64,000 nt of DNA, taken from the NCBI RefSeq assembly GCF_036321535.1, contig NC_087436.1:40612001-40676000 (forward strand), written 5' to 3'. Numbering within the stretch: the stretch's first letter is position 1; the number at the start of each line of letters is the position of its first letter. Below the pieces are notes generated by a model. It had not been told where the DNA came from and did not search any database. It saw nothing but the letters and a program-made list of their open reading frames with translations. Below are positions 1 to 12,769 of this stretch, one piece after another. The translations under genes were made by a program, and so were the position numbers. The DNA comes from Camelus dromedarius. Its lineage: Eukaryota.

Positions 1-1671
1 TTAATGAAAAAACAGCATTGGTTTCTCTCAGAAAATTTAACTATGTGATTAATATGATCATATTTTACTGAAAATCGTGACTAGTAAGAATTTTAAAAAC
101 CTTACTAGCAAAGACTTTCAAAAGCTGAATGGTAATCCTATGTCTTCAATGAACATCTTCTGAAAACTCAGAACTGAGCAGATGTGAGGGAGGAAATGGA
201 GGGGAAGAGCCTAGAGGAATGAAAGAAGTGAGAAAATCAACTACATAGACGTAGTGTATAACACAACACACTTTATATAGCCTTATTTTTTCAGGGATTT
301 TCAATTGAAGAATAATGAATATAAAGAAAAGAATGAAAATAAAAACAAATATGTAACATCAGTAATAGTCAACTAGAGAAACACAGTATTGCACAAAGAT
401 TGTCAAAATATTACCTAGACATTTAATTTACTACTTGTGAAAGTTATATGAATCATTTATGAACAAAATTTGTGTGATGTGTTGTATTCCTTGTTAGAGT
501 ATCACGTAAAATGTTTGCAGCATGGTATAGTGTATACTGTATAGATACAATATAGATTTATATTTTTAGTACATTATATATGTATATAGCTTTTTTTTTT
601 TGCCACAGCACATATTGCTTAGATAAACATAGAAGCTGGTACATCTATTCTTAACATCTGGTATTGTTTTAAAGATGAATTGCCCCCTGTTAATTGTAAA
701 GACGTATGTTAAGAAAATAAGCACTGAGTAACATTTTACTTTGCATGCAAAATGAAGAATGCATTTACAGAGCAAAATCTGAATGGGTTTTTAAAAATGA
801 CATTGTACCAATACATTTTTCTTTGAGGAAGGCATTAGGCTGGTTTTTCCTAGTAAGCTTACGTTGACCATTCTGTTTTAGGCATGTGTTGTGTAAATGC
901 AGAGGAATATTTAAGTTGTGTTCTAGTCCAGCAGACCAGGACTTCCTGTCTCACAGAAGAATGAGCACTAATACAGATTTCACAGCAACTAGCCTTTTAT
1001 TTCCATTGTGGTAATTTGCCCAGGAGACAGCCTAGCACACTATTGTATTTCTCTGTATCTAGAAAAAAAAGTATCAGTTTTTTTTTTTTTAATTAATAGG
1101 ACTCGTTCTTTTTGCAATGACTTAAATTTTTAAAAATTGGATTATCTTGGCAGAAGTCAGTCCTTTTGATTACAAACGTATTGGTTCACAGTGGGAAAAC
1201 AGGATTTGGTTTCAACCTGAATAAAAACAAGATATATTTCTACAAATTTATTAACCTTAGATTTGGCTTATTTCAGTAGTGTGAGGGTATGTGTGTAATA
1301 CAACACACATAGACATTCACTGAATAATGTTTAACTCACTGTCCTCACTTGTGATACCACAGAAAAATCAGATAAGGATCTCCTTGAAGGATATTTTCAT
1401 TTTATAAGAGAGATGCTATAGATATGACTTAGCAAGCTTGTATACTTTATGTAGCAATCCAAAAGTTACACTGATAGACAACGTGGCGGTCAGGAGATGT
1501 TTAGATAGTGGAGTAACTGTGAGTAGAAATTAGAGAACCACTGGAACATTGTATCCATTATTAGAATATAGGTGATAAATAACTTAGGAAAGATGGATGG
1601 ATAGATGGAAAGTTTGAGGAAAGCCCTGAGAGCTGACTTGGGAAGAATGAAATATTTTGTATTATATGTTG

Positions 1672-1736
1672 AGATATATATATATATATCAAAAATATAT
1701 ATATATATTTTTTATTATATATATAATTATATATAA
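1672..1736. repeat. Imperfect (TA)n microsatellite
   Basis: gatatatatatatatatc...atatataattatatat. Confidence 0.85.
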
Positions 1737-2139
1737 GATTATTCCTTACAAAATATGCTTGTAGAAATTTGTTCAAATGGTCTACTTAACCTAACAAGAC
1801 TAGCGTGATACTTATATAGTGGTTGGGTATTTACAGTAAGATCAAAGGAACCATATTTAACAAATTTTTGCAAAGTTAGTAAAATTAGTAGAAGTGAAAG
1901 GATATTCATTTATATTTAATTGCATTTATTATATCTAATTTAGACATCTTGCCTCACTATTCAGTTTTTTAAATAGACCAGCACTTTCTACTTATAGCGT
2001 AATTTTGAATTCAGAATTATTACTATCCTTATTTGAAAGCTAAGAGAACTGAGATGAGATGTTAACTGGTCTAGCAACATTAACACATTTTCAAAATCCT
2101 TGTTTTGGACTTTGAGGAGCACCATGATTCAGTTTAGAG

Positions 2140-2830
2140 AAGTAGAGAGCTGGAAAGTGTTGGTCTGAACTTTACAAAAAAAAAAAGTCTGGATTAACTG
2201 CAGACTAAGGGCCACCCATGTACCCATTCCAAAACTGAGGTCACAGGGAAAATACCTAACACAAAATCTAAAGGGAGATGGGGGCCTGCATGGTGAAAAC
2301 AGAGCTGAGCATTGACTTTAATTTGAATAGCCAGTGGATTTCAAATGCCAAGATGGGGGAAATAGTAAACTACCAATGAAGAGCTAAAGAGTGAGTGTGG
2401 GTTAAGGCGGGGGCATGAAGCCACTGGGGCCATAGAAACAAGGTCTCTCACCTTATTTTCTTCAAGGAACCCAGTAAGTATTGATAATAAAGATTGAAAG
2501 GAATCCTGAGAATGGTCCTTCATGGCTTGCTGGAAAAAGAGGTGTTAGTGGCTACTGTCTAAATGAGACATATCTTCCTTTTGTCCCCTTTAGAACAAAA
2601 GCCTCAATCTGTAGGGAGAAGGACATCAAAAGTGTAGCCTCGGTGCGGAGGTAGAAATGCACAGCAGCTCGGGGAGGCTTACAGAGGGGTGAAAAAAAGC
2701 TCTTGTACTGGGGAAGAGCCACAGTGTGTGCCAGGCCCTGCACAGATGCAGAAATCTGGTGAGGACCCAAGTCACAGTGACTGTCTGAGGTCTAATCGTG
2801 TCAGACAACCCTGCCTTCAGCACACAACAC
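2140..2830 (+). mobile_element. Ancient L1M (L1MC/MD-type) 5'UTR fragment
   Basis: ctggattaactgcagact..aactgaggtcacagggaaaatacctaacacaaaatct resembles the 5' ends of old L1M consensuses; locally GC-richer than the flanks. Confidence 0.55.
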
Positions 2831-4367
2831 GACCGCCATGATAGTGAGCTTAAGTAAAATAACACTTTTGGAAATAGCTGTTTTTCTTTATTATGTTTAA
2901 CAAGTAAAAATCTGGAGTGAAATCAAAAGTCATTAACATCTAAAAACTAGATTAGAAATTGCTTCCCTGCAGGAAACTCCTCCGTTTTTCATCTTTCACC
3001 ATGTTGCATGCATAGTAAAGACATTTGGCCGTCAGTTTCCTCTACAGAGGAGCAAAGATAAAAATCACAGCACGCTTTTCAGAAAACAGGCAGTCTGGAT
3101 ATGACTCACCTTACTTAATCATTTGTTTTCAAAACCTTTGACTTAACTGGATCTGGGCTCCCTGTGATTCTGTAAGTAACCTCTTTCCCAAAAGATACAT
3201 TAGCTATAGTGGAATTCAATAAATGTACAATCTGGGAAGAAATTAGACTTTCAGCATAATGGTGGTTAGGAAGGTGCAATGTTATGTTCCTAGGTACTTG
3301 GGGATGATCTCCAACGAGGGGGTATTTATCAGAAGCAAATTACGCTTTCTTGGGAAGAACTAAATACTTTTTAGTGACTTTTGGGCCTAAAGGTAGTTCC
3401 ACTTCTCCACTTATGGAAACCAATCAAAGCTGTAGTATCATTAAGGGTCTGATTTCACAGACAAGTGATTGTTCCAGACAATTAAGCACCAGCAGTACTC
3501 TGTGTGTGGAGAACTTGACTGCCAAATGTCTTCACTTTGCAAACAACATGGCGAAAGATGGAAAGCAGAGGAGTTTCCTGCCAGGAAGCAATTTCTAATC
3601 TAGTTTTTAGGTGTATTATAATGACCTTTGATTTCATATCGGATTTCTACTTGTTAAATATAATGAAGAATGGCAGCTATTTTTAAAAATGTTTAGGATC
3701 TTTTTAAAAAAGTTTAGCTTTTATGCCAGATCATAAATTCTAAGTTTTTCAATTTTTCTAGAAAGTTTGAAAAATATAAAAATGTCATATGATCTGAATT
3801 TGCCAAATATATGGACTTTATGATGTTTTGAATGATGTTTTCAAATAAAACAAGATGTAATAGTATTTACATTTTGTGAATACTATAATTCATTATAGGA
3901 CTTTTTTAAAATAGGAAAATAAAAATAAAAGGTAAAGTAGATTATTTGGTCCACGTAATTTCATATCACAAAAATAAAATTAGGTGTACTAATTCGATTT
4001 TGCACGGATTTCTTACAAATGACCTGGACATACATAGACACACATTCCTTACCACTTCTTCTGTCTTGATTGCAGGTATAGGACTTGCGTGACATAGGTT
4101 ATACTTCAATTAAAATGCTACCTGAATGCCTCTTTTCCTTAATATTATTAAAGTTTTTTTCAGTTTTTCTCGAGTTATTTTTAGGATTTCTAGTTCTTTG
4201 TGTCTTTTTTTCTATTTCTGTTACTGAAGAAGCTTTTCCAGTTCATATATAATAATTAGCTTATACAATTGATTTTGTAAAGTATGTTTGTATAGCCATT
4301 AAAATAAATTTTCTTTCCGGCTTTTCTTCATAAACCTGGCTATGTAACACATGAATATTCAACAATA

Positions 4368-4603
4368 GATAACATTTGTGAGGTGTTCATTATATGCCAT
4401 TTTTGAAATGTTTCAACTTCACGATGTTATTTCATCCTCACAGTCGTCCAACGGGTATTACTATTTTCTGCATTTACAGATGAAAGGGTGACACGGGATA
4501 GAATAATCGCCAAAGATCACTTACTTAGCAATTGGTGGAGATACAGTTTGACCTCAGATGGTGGCCAGGCTTCAGTTCAGCGGCCTTGCAGTATTACACG
4601 ACA
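4368..4603 (-). mobile_element. MIR SINE
   Basis: tttcatcctcacag..ggtattactattttctgcatttacagatgaaagg..aagatcac..ggtggagatacagtttga, the reverse MIR core. Confidence 0.75.
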
Positions 4604-4791
4604 CATAAACAGAGTTCAGTCAGAAAACAGTCCTCGGATCGTATGTTCTGTATAGCTTTCCATAGTTACAATACAGGCACATGTGACCTTCATGTGATGA
4701 AAATACCTTTTCCAAGTATACCAATAAGATTGTAAATCTACATGTGACGTGCATTAACATTTCCTAATTTATTTTTTCAATTTTCTTCCAG

Positions 4792-4857
4792 GTGTTGTAT
4801 CATTTGGTTGTAAGTAACACCTTCCAGAATATTCAAGAATAGTCATGAGGAAATTGG
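4792..4857 (+). other. Candidate small exon of an unidentified plus-strand host gene
   Basis: Branch-like cctaat, pyrimidine tract ttttttcaattttcttccag, and donor GG|gtaagg at 4858; alternative donor TT|gtaagt at 4810; unique sequence. Confidence 0.4.
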
Positions 4858-5404
4858 GTAAGGTATTTCTTTAAATGTTTTTCTGGGGCCAAAAGAAATG
4901 AAAAAGTATAGTTCCCCTTTCCCATTCATTTGTGAGAGCTTATGTGCTGGGTTGATTTTATAAGATGTTTATGAATGTGGACCACAATTTTAGCAATTAT
5001 AATAACTTTACTTTCTTAGGAAAAATAACTCCTAAATATAGTATTAGATACATGCTTCATTGTCTTATTTAAATTATTTTCAATGCCACGTTATTTAATT
5101 AGGGTTCTTATTGAAGTTGCTGTTAAAATTCTGTCTATCATAGGTGTTTAATTTGACTTTGATAATGTTGTTCATGCTCATGTCATCCTCTATTAGAGAA
5201 ATTAATGATCATTTTCATATGCAGCTTTGATAGTCGTATTTATAAGCAGTGATATATTTCATGTATTTATTGACTAGCTAAGCTATTTTTCTTATAAATA
5301 TTTAATGCATAGTTTAGACAATATTTATTTGCTCCATTTTAAGTTGTATTTCCGTGAAAGCACTATTTAACAGAAATTTTTTGAAAAGAAAACTTAACCT
5401 TGAA

Positions 5405-6010
5405 TTAAAAAAAAAACTTCCAGTAAATATAATCAAGCACATGGTAAAGGTTACAAGTCATGTCGTTAGTTCAAAGGATTTTTCACAGAATGAACAAACA
5501 CTTGTTTAAAGCCAACATACCTGGAAATTCAGTGTTACCAGTACCACAAATAAGATTTCCTCTTTAAGTACCTCCCTCCCCACCAAGAGTCAATACTTTC
5601 TTTGTATGGCAAGTGTTTTCCTGAGTTTTATATCATAGGTTATTTTCTTTTTGAAATTTGCTTAAATGAAATCATATGTGTTTAAATATATATGATTATA
5701 TGCATTATGATTATGTATATATATAATTATGTGTATAAATGGTTTTGTATGTGCTTACACACATTCTTCTATGTCTGGCTTATTTCATTTAGCATGGATG
5801 AATTCATGAGTACTGTGTACAGTACTAACTTAATCATGTATAACTCTATGGTGCTCAAGTATATGGATTTATCACAATTTCTGATCCATTGAACTATTGG
5901 TGGTGGTTCTATTTGGGGGCTTTTATGTATAATGTTATAATAATCTTGGGGATTTGGGAGCAGACAGATGATCAAACAGGTAGATTAAATATCTGAGTAA
6001 TGGTTGAGTC
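5405..6010 (-). mobile_element. Old L1ME-type 3' end fragment
   Basis: Degenerate L1 3'UTR motifs: gatttttcacagaatgaaca, gtctggcttatttcatttagcatg, tttatcacaatttctgatccatt. Confidence 0.6.
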
Positions 6011-6030
6011 ATAGAGTTTCTTACATTAGT

Positions 6031-7500
6031 TTTTTTTTAATTGAAGTATAGTTGATAATACTTTCAGGTGTACAACATAGTGATTGAATATTTTTATGGA
6101 TTATACTCCACTTAAAGTTATTACAAAATAATGGCTATATATCCATGTACCATACAATATATACTTGTTCCTTAATTATTTTATACATGGTTGATTAGCT
6201 CTTAATCCTATACCCCTATAATGCCCCTTCCCCCCACCCTCACCCCACTGATAACCACTAGTTCGCTATGTGTGAATCTGCTCATTTTTGTTCATTTGTT
6301 TTTACTTTTTAGACTCTACATAGTGGTAACAGTAGTTGTCTTTCTCTGACTTACTGCACTAAATATAATACTCTCTAGGTCCATCCATGTTGTTGTAAAT
6401 GGCAGAATTTCATTATTTTTTATGGCTGAGGGATATTCCATTGTATATATCACATCTTTTTCCATTTATCTGTTGAGAGGCATTTAGATTGCCTCCATAT
6501 CTTAGCGATTATAAATAATGCTTCTATGAACATTGGGGTGCATGTATCTTTTCAAATTAGTGTTCATTTTCTTTGCATATATATCTAGCAGTGGAATTTC
6601 TGGATCATGTGGTAGTTCTATTTTTAATTCTTTGAGGAACCTCTATACTGTTTTTCATAGTGGCTGCACCAATTTACAATCCCACCAACAGTGTTCCAGG
6701 GTTCCCTTTCCTCCACACCCTCTCCAACATTTGTTATTTGTAGACTGTTTGCCCATCTTGATGGTACCATTCTGGCAGATGTGAGGTGGTATCTCATTGT
6801 GGCTTTGATTTGCTTTTCTTTGATTAGTGATGTCTTGTACCCTTTTCAGGTACCTATTGGCCATCCATATGTCTTCTTTGGAAAAATGTCTATTTAGAAC
6901 CTCTGACAATTTTTTAATTGGATTGTTTGGTGGTTTTTTGCTATTGTATGAGTTATTTTTAGTGTTTGGGTGTTAACCTCTCATCAGATACATGATTCGC
7001 AACTACCTTCTACCATTTGGCATGCTGTCTTTTCATTTTGATGGTTTCCTTTGCTACACATAAGCTTTTTAATTTGATGTAATCCGATTTGTTTTTGCTT
7101 CTGTTGCCTTTGCTTTTGATGTCAGATCCAAAAAAAACATTATGAAGACCGATGTCAAGATTACCATCTATGTTTTTTATCCTAGGAATTTTATGGATTC
7201 AGGTCTTACATTCAAGTCTTTAGCCAATTTTCAGTGAATTTTTGTGTGTAGTGTGAGAGGTTCAGTTTCATTCTTTTGTGTGTGTCTGTCCAGTTTTCCT
7301 AGTACTATTTACTGAAGAGACTGTCCTTTTCTCACTGTATTTTCTTGGTTCCTTTGTCTTAAATTTTAACTGATTGTATATGCATGGGTTTAATTATGGG
7401 ATCTCTATTCTTTTCTGTTGATCTGTGTGACTTTTTAGGCTACATCATACCATTTAGATCGCTATAGCTTTGTAATACAGTTTGGAATACATTAATGATT
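6031..7500 (-). mobile_element. L1 3' fragment (3'UTR plus ORF2 C-terminus), 5'-truncated
   Basis: poly-T then ttaattgaagtatagttga; minus-strand ORF ..[27 protein letters not shown] is the L1 ORF2 cysteine-rich domain. Confidence 0.92.
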
Positions 7501-7619
7501 CTCATAGTTCTTTTTGTTCTTTTTTGTTTTAACACAGATGTGGTTATTTCCTTATCTCATGCATTGGCTTCCTTAAAATTGTGTTTTATAGTTTTTCCTT
7601 TTATGAAATTTAGTTTTAA

Positions 7620-8162
7620 GTGGTTTTATTTGATTTTTATTGTTGCCATAACAAACTACCATAAATTTAGTGCTTTAAAACAAATAAATATATTATCTTA
7701 CAGTTCTTCAGGTCAAGCCCAGCACAAGTCTCACTGAGCTAAAATCAAGGTTTGGGGCAGGGCTGTGTTCTGTATGCTCTAGGAGAGAGTCTGTTTCTTT
7801 ACCTTTTCCAGCTTCTAGAGGTCTCTATTTTTTGATTCACTGTCTCTAACACCCCCATCAAAGCCAGCATCAGCAGGTAGTCCTTTACACATCACATATG
7901 TCGGACCCACAGAGATGTGATTGCGTCTTTTTGACTGAGTACCTGGCTCATCTGGTGAACATCCTCCACTTTTAAGGACTCTGTGATGAGGCTGGGACTA
8001 CCCACAAAATCCAGGATAATCTCCCCATCACAAAGCCTTTTACCTTCATGGCATCTTCAGAGTTTCTTTCTTCACTAAAGGTAACATCTTTATAGATTCC
8101 ATGTATTAGGATGTGGACAACTTTTGGGTCTCTATCTAGTGGGAATTATTCTTCCTACCATG
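7620..8162 (-). mobile_element. MaLR LTR (MLT1D/E-like solo LTR)
   Basis: ttgccataacaaactaccataaatttagtgctttaaaacaa..ctgagctaaaatcaagg..ccttttccagcttctagagg..aatccaggataatctcccc..attcttcctacca. Confidence 0.85.
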
Positions 8163-8667
8163 TGGTTAACCTAGAGATCACTCTGTACATTATTGCCATA
8201 GAGTAATCTAAAATCAATTATTACTTGTTTCCCCAGTAATACTAAAAACTTGGAATGCTTTAAATGCATTTACTCCTCTGGTCTTTTAGGCTATTAATAT
8301 TATCTATTTTAATACTCCCTGGATCTTGCCAGTTTATTTGTTTTCATTTGTTTATAATCAATATCAATATATATTTATATTTTCACTGCATTTTCCCCTT
8401 ATATGTCCTGCTTCTCTCTGAAGTCATTCATTTTCTATTTAAAATTTCCTTTTATATTTCATATATTTTTTTCCTTTTATATTTCAAATATATTTGCTGG
8501 CAGAAGTTATTTCAGCTTTCATTTTTATGAAAACGTCATCATCTCTGTGCTTTGTGTTGGATTGTGATGTATTTTTTCTTTGTGGTGATTTATCATGCAG
8601 CAACAGTAACTGGAACACACTTTGATATTGTTTCATTTATTCCTTTAATAAAGATCGTGTTGTAGAT

Positions 8668-8720
8668 CAGGAGACAGCCAACTATTGCTGCTGGCCAAAT
8701 TTAGCCTGCCATCTGTTTGT
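8668..8720 (+). mobile_element. MER58-like hAT MITE 5' fragment
   Basis: caggagacagccaactat..ggccaaatttagcctgccatctgttt resembles the MER58 terminus. Confidence 0.45.
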
Positions 8721-8724
8721 TGTT

Positions 8725-11310
8725 GTTTTTGTTAATAGACTATTTTTAGAGATGTTTTAGGTTAACAGCAAAACTAAGTGGAGGCAGAAACATTTCCCAT
8801 ACCCTCCCTCTCCACACACATGCACAGCCTCCCACACTACCTTACTAGGGTGGTGCACTTGTTAGAATCAATGAAGCTGCATAGAGACATCATTATCACC
8901 CAAAGTCCACAGTTTACATCAGGGTTCACTCTTGGTGTTGTACATTCTGTAGTTTTGACACATGTGTGACGTGTCTATCACTATAGCATCCTACAGAATA
9001 GTTTCAGTGCGTAAAAATTCCCTGTACTTCACCTATTTATCCTTTGCCCCATCTTCCCACTCCCCTGGCAACCACTGATGCTTTTACTATCTCTGTAGTT
9101 TTGCTTTTCCCAGAATGTCATACAATTGGAATCATACAGTATGCAGCCCTTTCAGATTGGCTTATTTCACTTAGTAATATGCATTTAAGATTCCTCCATG
9201 TCTTTTTTTCGTAGCTTGATAAATCATTGCTTATTAGTACTGAATACTGTCTCGCTGGATGTATACCATGGTTAATTTGTCCACTACTGAGGGGTGTCTT
9301 GCTCCTAAGATGTAACAATTATGAATAAGGCTACCCTAAACATACATGTGCAGGTTTTGTTTGAATGTAACTTTTTAACTCATTTGCTTAAGTATCAAGG
9401 AGAGAAATTACTGCATAATATAGTTAGTTTTGTAAGAAATAGTCACATTATCTTAAATGGCTGTACCATTTTGCATTCACACCAGGAAAGAATGAGACTT
9501 TTTGTTGTTTCATAGCCTCACCAGCACTCAGTGTTGTCATTGTTCTGGAGCTTGTCCATTCTCATAAGTGAATATGTCAGTGTTGTGTAACTGGCGTTTC
9601 CCGCATGATGCATGGTGTTGAGCATCTGCTTGTTTTCATATGCTTGTTTTCTGTCTACATACCTTCTTTGGTGAGATATCCGGGTCTTTTGCTTATTTTT
9701 TAATCAGTTGTTTTCTTATTGTTGAGATTTAAGTATTCTTTTTATATTTTAGACAACAAACATGTATCAAATGTCTTTTGCAACGATTTCTATTCTAGTC
9801 TATGGTTTGTATTTTATAGAGAAGTTATTAATCTTAATGAATTTCCACTTACAAATTCTTTTCTGGATTATGTCTCCCACATTGTATCTAAAGAGTCTTT
9901 GTCATATGCAAAGTCATCTAGGATTTCTCCTGTTATCTTCTAGGAGGTCTAGAATTTTGTGTTTTACATTTAGGTCTGTGATATATACCGAGTTAAACTT
10001 CTGAAGGGTTATGAGTTCTGTGTCTAGGTTTTTTGGTTTTTTTTTTTGTTTTTGCACATGAATGTCTGGTTGTTTCAGCACCATTTGTTGAAAAGAGTAT
10101 CTTTGCTTCATTGTACTGCCTTTGTTCTTTTGTCAAAAATCAGTTGATGTGTGTATCTGGGTCTAATTCTGGGCTTTTCTATTCCATTGATCTGTTTGTC
10201 AGCTTTTTGCCAATAGCACTCTGTCTTAATTACTGTAGCTTTTATTTTATTTTTTGGTGAGGAGGGAAGTAATTAGGTGTATTTACTTATTTATTTTAAT
10301 TTCTTTATTTTTTTTTTAAATGGAGTTACTGAGGATTGAACCCAGGACCTCATGCATGCTAAGCATGTGCTCTGCCACATGAGCTATACCCTCCCCTCTG
10401 TAGCTTTTAATAAGTTGTGAAGTCAGGCAGTGCCAGTCCTCTGACTTTGCTCTTCTCCTTTCAATACTGTGTTGGCCATTCTGGGTCTTTTGCCTCTCCA
10501 TATAAACTTTAGAATTAGATTGTCAATATCCACAAAATAACTTGCTGGGATCTTGCTTTGGATGATGTAGACTCTATAGATCATTTTGGGAAGAACTGAG
10601 ATTCTGACAATATTTGGTCTGCCTATTCATGAATTTAGTTTCTTTCACCAGAGTTTAATTTTTTTTCTAATACAGATCTTTTTGTTACATTTATGCCCAA
10701 GTATTTAATCATTTTGGTTGCTATATATATGATACTGTGTTTTTAATTTAGTTCATTTCTCAAAAGTGGTTAACTTTTGTGATATTAATCTTTCATCCTG
10801 CAACCTTGTTATAATTTGTTTATTAGTTCCAGGACTTTTTTCTACATAGGTGATCATGCCATATGCAAACAAAGTCAGTTTTATTTCTTCCTTCCCAACT
10901 TACATATATTTTTTCTTCTTTTATAGAATTAGCTATGACTTCTAGTATGATGTTGTAAAGGAGTGGTGATACAAGCCATTGTTACCTTGTACTTGATCTT
11001 AGTGGGAAAGCTTCAAGTTTCTTACCATAATGTTATCTGTTAGTTGTAGGTTTTCTGGAGGTTTTCTGTAGCTATTCTATGTCAAGTTGAGAAAGTTGCC
11101 CTCTATCCCAAGTTTACTGAGTTTTTATCATGAATGGGTGTTGGGTTTTGTGAAACAATTTTCTCCATCTATTGATATGATTATGTGATTTTTTCTTTAA
11201 TCTGTTGATGTGATGGATTGTGTTACTTGATTTTTGAATGTTGAACCAGTATTACATATTTGGTATAAATCTCAAATGGTCATGGTGTAGAAATCTTTTT
11301 TACACTGTTT
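8725..11310 (-). mobile_element. L1MC1-like L1 (3'UTR into ORF2), interrupted by a SINE
   Basis: catcattatcacccaaagtccacagtttacatcagggttcactcttggtgttgtacattct, typical of the L1MC 3'UTR, continuing into antisense ORF2. Confidence 0.85.
10244..10396 (-). mobile_element. tRNA-derived SINE, camelid vic-1-like
   Basis: Minus strand GGGGAGGGTATAGCTCATGTGGCAGAGC..GGTCCTGGGTTCAATCC (pol III A and B boxes), A-rich tail, 11-bp TSD ctgtagctttt at 10233-10243 and 10398-10408. Confidence 0.9.
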
Positions 11311-12727
11311 GATTAAGTACTGATGCAAAATTTTGCCAGGAAAATTCCACTCTATCATTGCAGAATATGTTAAATACAATAATTTTAAGCTCTTTATTAA
11401 TAAACATTTTCCCACTTTTGCTTCTTTTATGGCATATCAGTGTCATTCTGCTCTGTATTATCTACCTTCCTTTCCTTTAGTAGCTTCCTTACTTCTGAGT
11501 TACTTTAAATGATCTTAAATGTCTATGACTTTAAATGTAAATTTTGTTTCTCTAAACAATTCAGAAAATAGGAAATCCCACACAAACAGTTTAAAATAAA
11601 TATATAACAAGTTTCTTTATGGAAAAAAATTTCAGAGAAAACACAATATATGAATTTTTAAGTTACAAGGGAAAATACACAGTGAATAATCTGTCTTGGT
11701 TTTTAACACAATTGAAGGATAAATAATAAGAAATAGAAAATTACAATACAGATGTTGAGTCTTAAAAAGCTTCATTTTAAATAACGCTTTTCTGTGTTAT
11801 AACTCCAGTAGCCTAAATATCTTGCCCTGTTCCAAACCTTCTGTGTTTCCCTACCACTGAGATACATGAATATTCTATAGGATAGACTTTTATTGAATGT
11901 TCCATTCCTAATTAAAAGGAAAGAAGTATGGAAGAGCACAGAAGAGGAAACAATTTTAAATGACATAAAATCCATTACTGTTCTTAAAGGTTTTCCTTCT
12001 GTATCACTTGATGCTACCCAACTACCCCATGAACCTCTACCTCACCTTATATCCAGCTGCCAGGCTGTAACCTGCTAATGCTTATTCTTTTTTGCACTGA
12101 TATTTAGTTATCCACCACCACCTCAAAACGAGATCTTAACCTGCTTGTGCATTTGATACATTTGTTGAATCGCTATACTAATACGAGGAAACACATAGAT
12201 ACTTACTCTAGGTCAATACTCTTACGAACATAAAGAAATAGGCAACAAAACTTAATTGAAGCTTTATTATACCCTATAGCAAGTTATTTAGAAACTATAG
12301 GGAATAGCATTTCTTTCTACTCTATATGTTTCTCCATATATCTTGGGTTTTAAAACGTAAAAACAGAAGATCCAGTAAAGATTGCATAATAGCTATTTAT
12401 ATTTAAAAAGCATGTCTGTGAGAACTGTTAACATTTTCTCTGCATTTCCTGAGGTAGTAATTTAGTATTTTAGATATGAACTAGTTGTTCAGTGTAATTT
12501 ACTACACATTAAGATAGTATTTAGCATATAATTTGGGGGTAAAGAATTGGATACTTTGCTGCATTTTCAGTTCAGACTAAATGGGTCATAAACATGAAGG
12601 GGAATTTCAATCTTTATTGCATTACTTATCCAGTGTAGGGTTTCAAATGTTCCACAGTAGAATTATTAACAAATGCAAAACTCTTAGAATGTTTGTTTTG
12701 GCTTATGTCTACCCTTAGTATCAGCCA

Positions 12728-12731
<4 letters not shown>

Positions 12732-12766
<35 letters not shown>
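12732..12766. repeat. (TA)n microsatellite
   Basis: Pure TA run. Confidence 0.95.

Positions 12767-12769
<3 letters not shown>

Noticed and set aside
4791..4817. GVVSFGCK* resembles the trypsin-family GxVSxG motif
   Set aside because: Only six residues followed by a stop; no other protease exons are visible
10244..10396. Possible tRNA gene
   Set aside because: The A-rich tail and TSD, and the lack of a complete acceptor stem, mark it as a SINE
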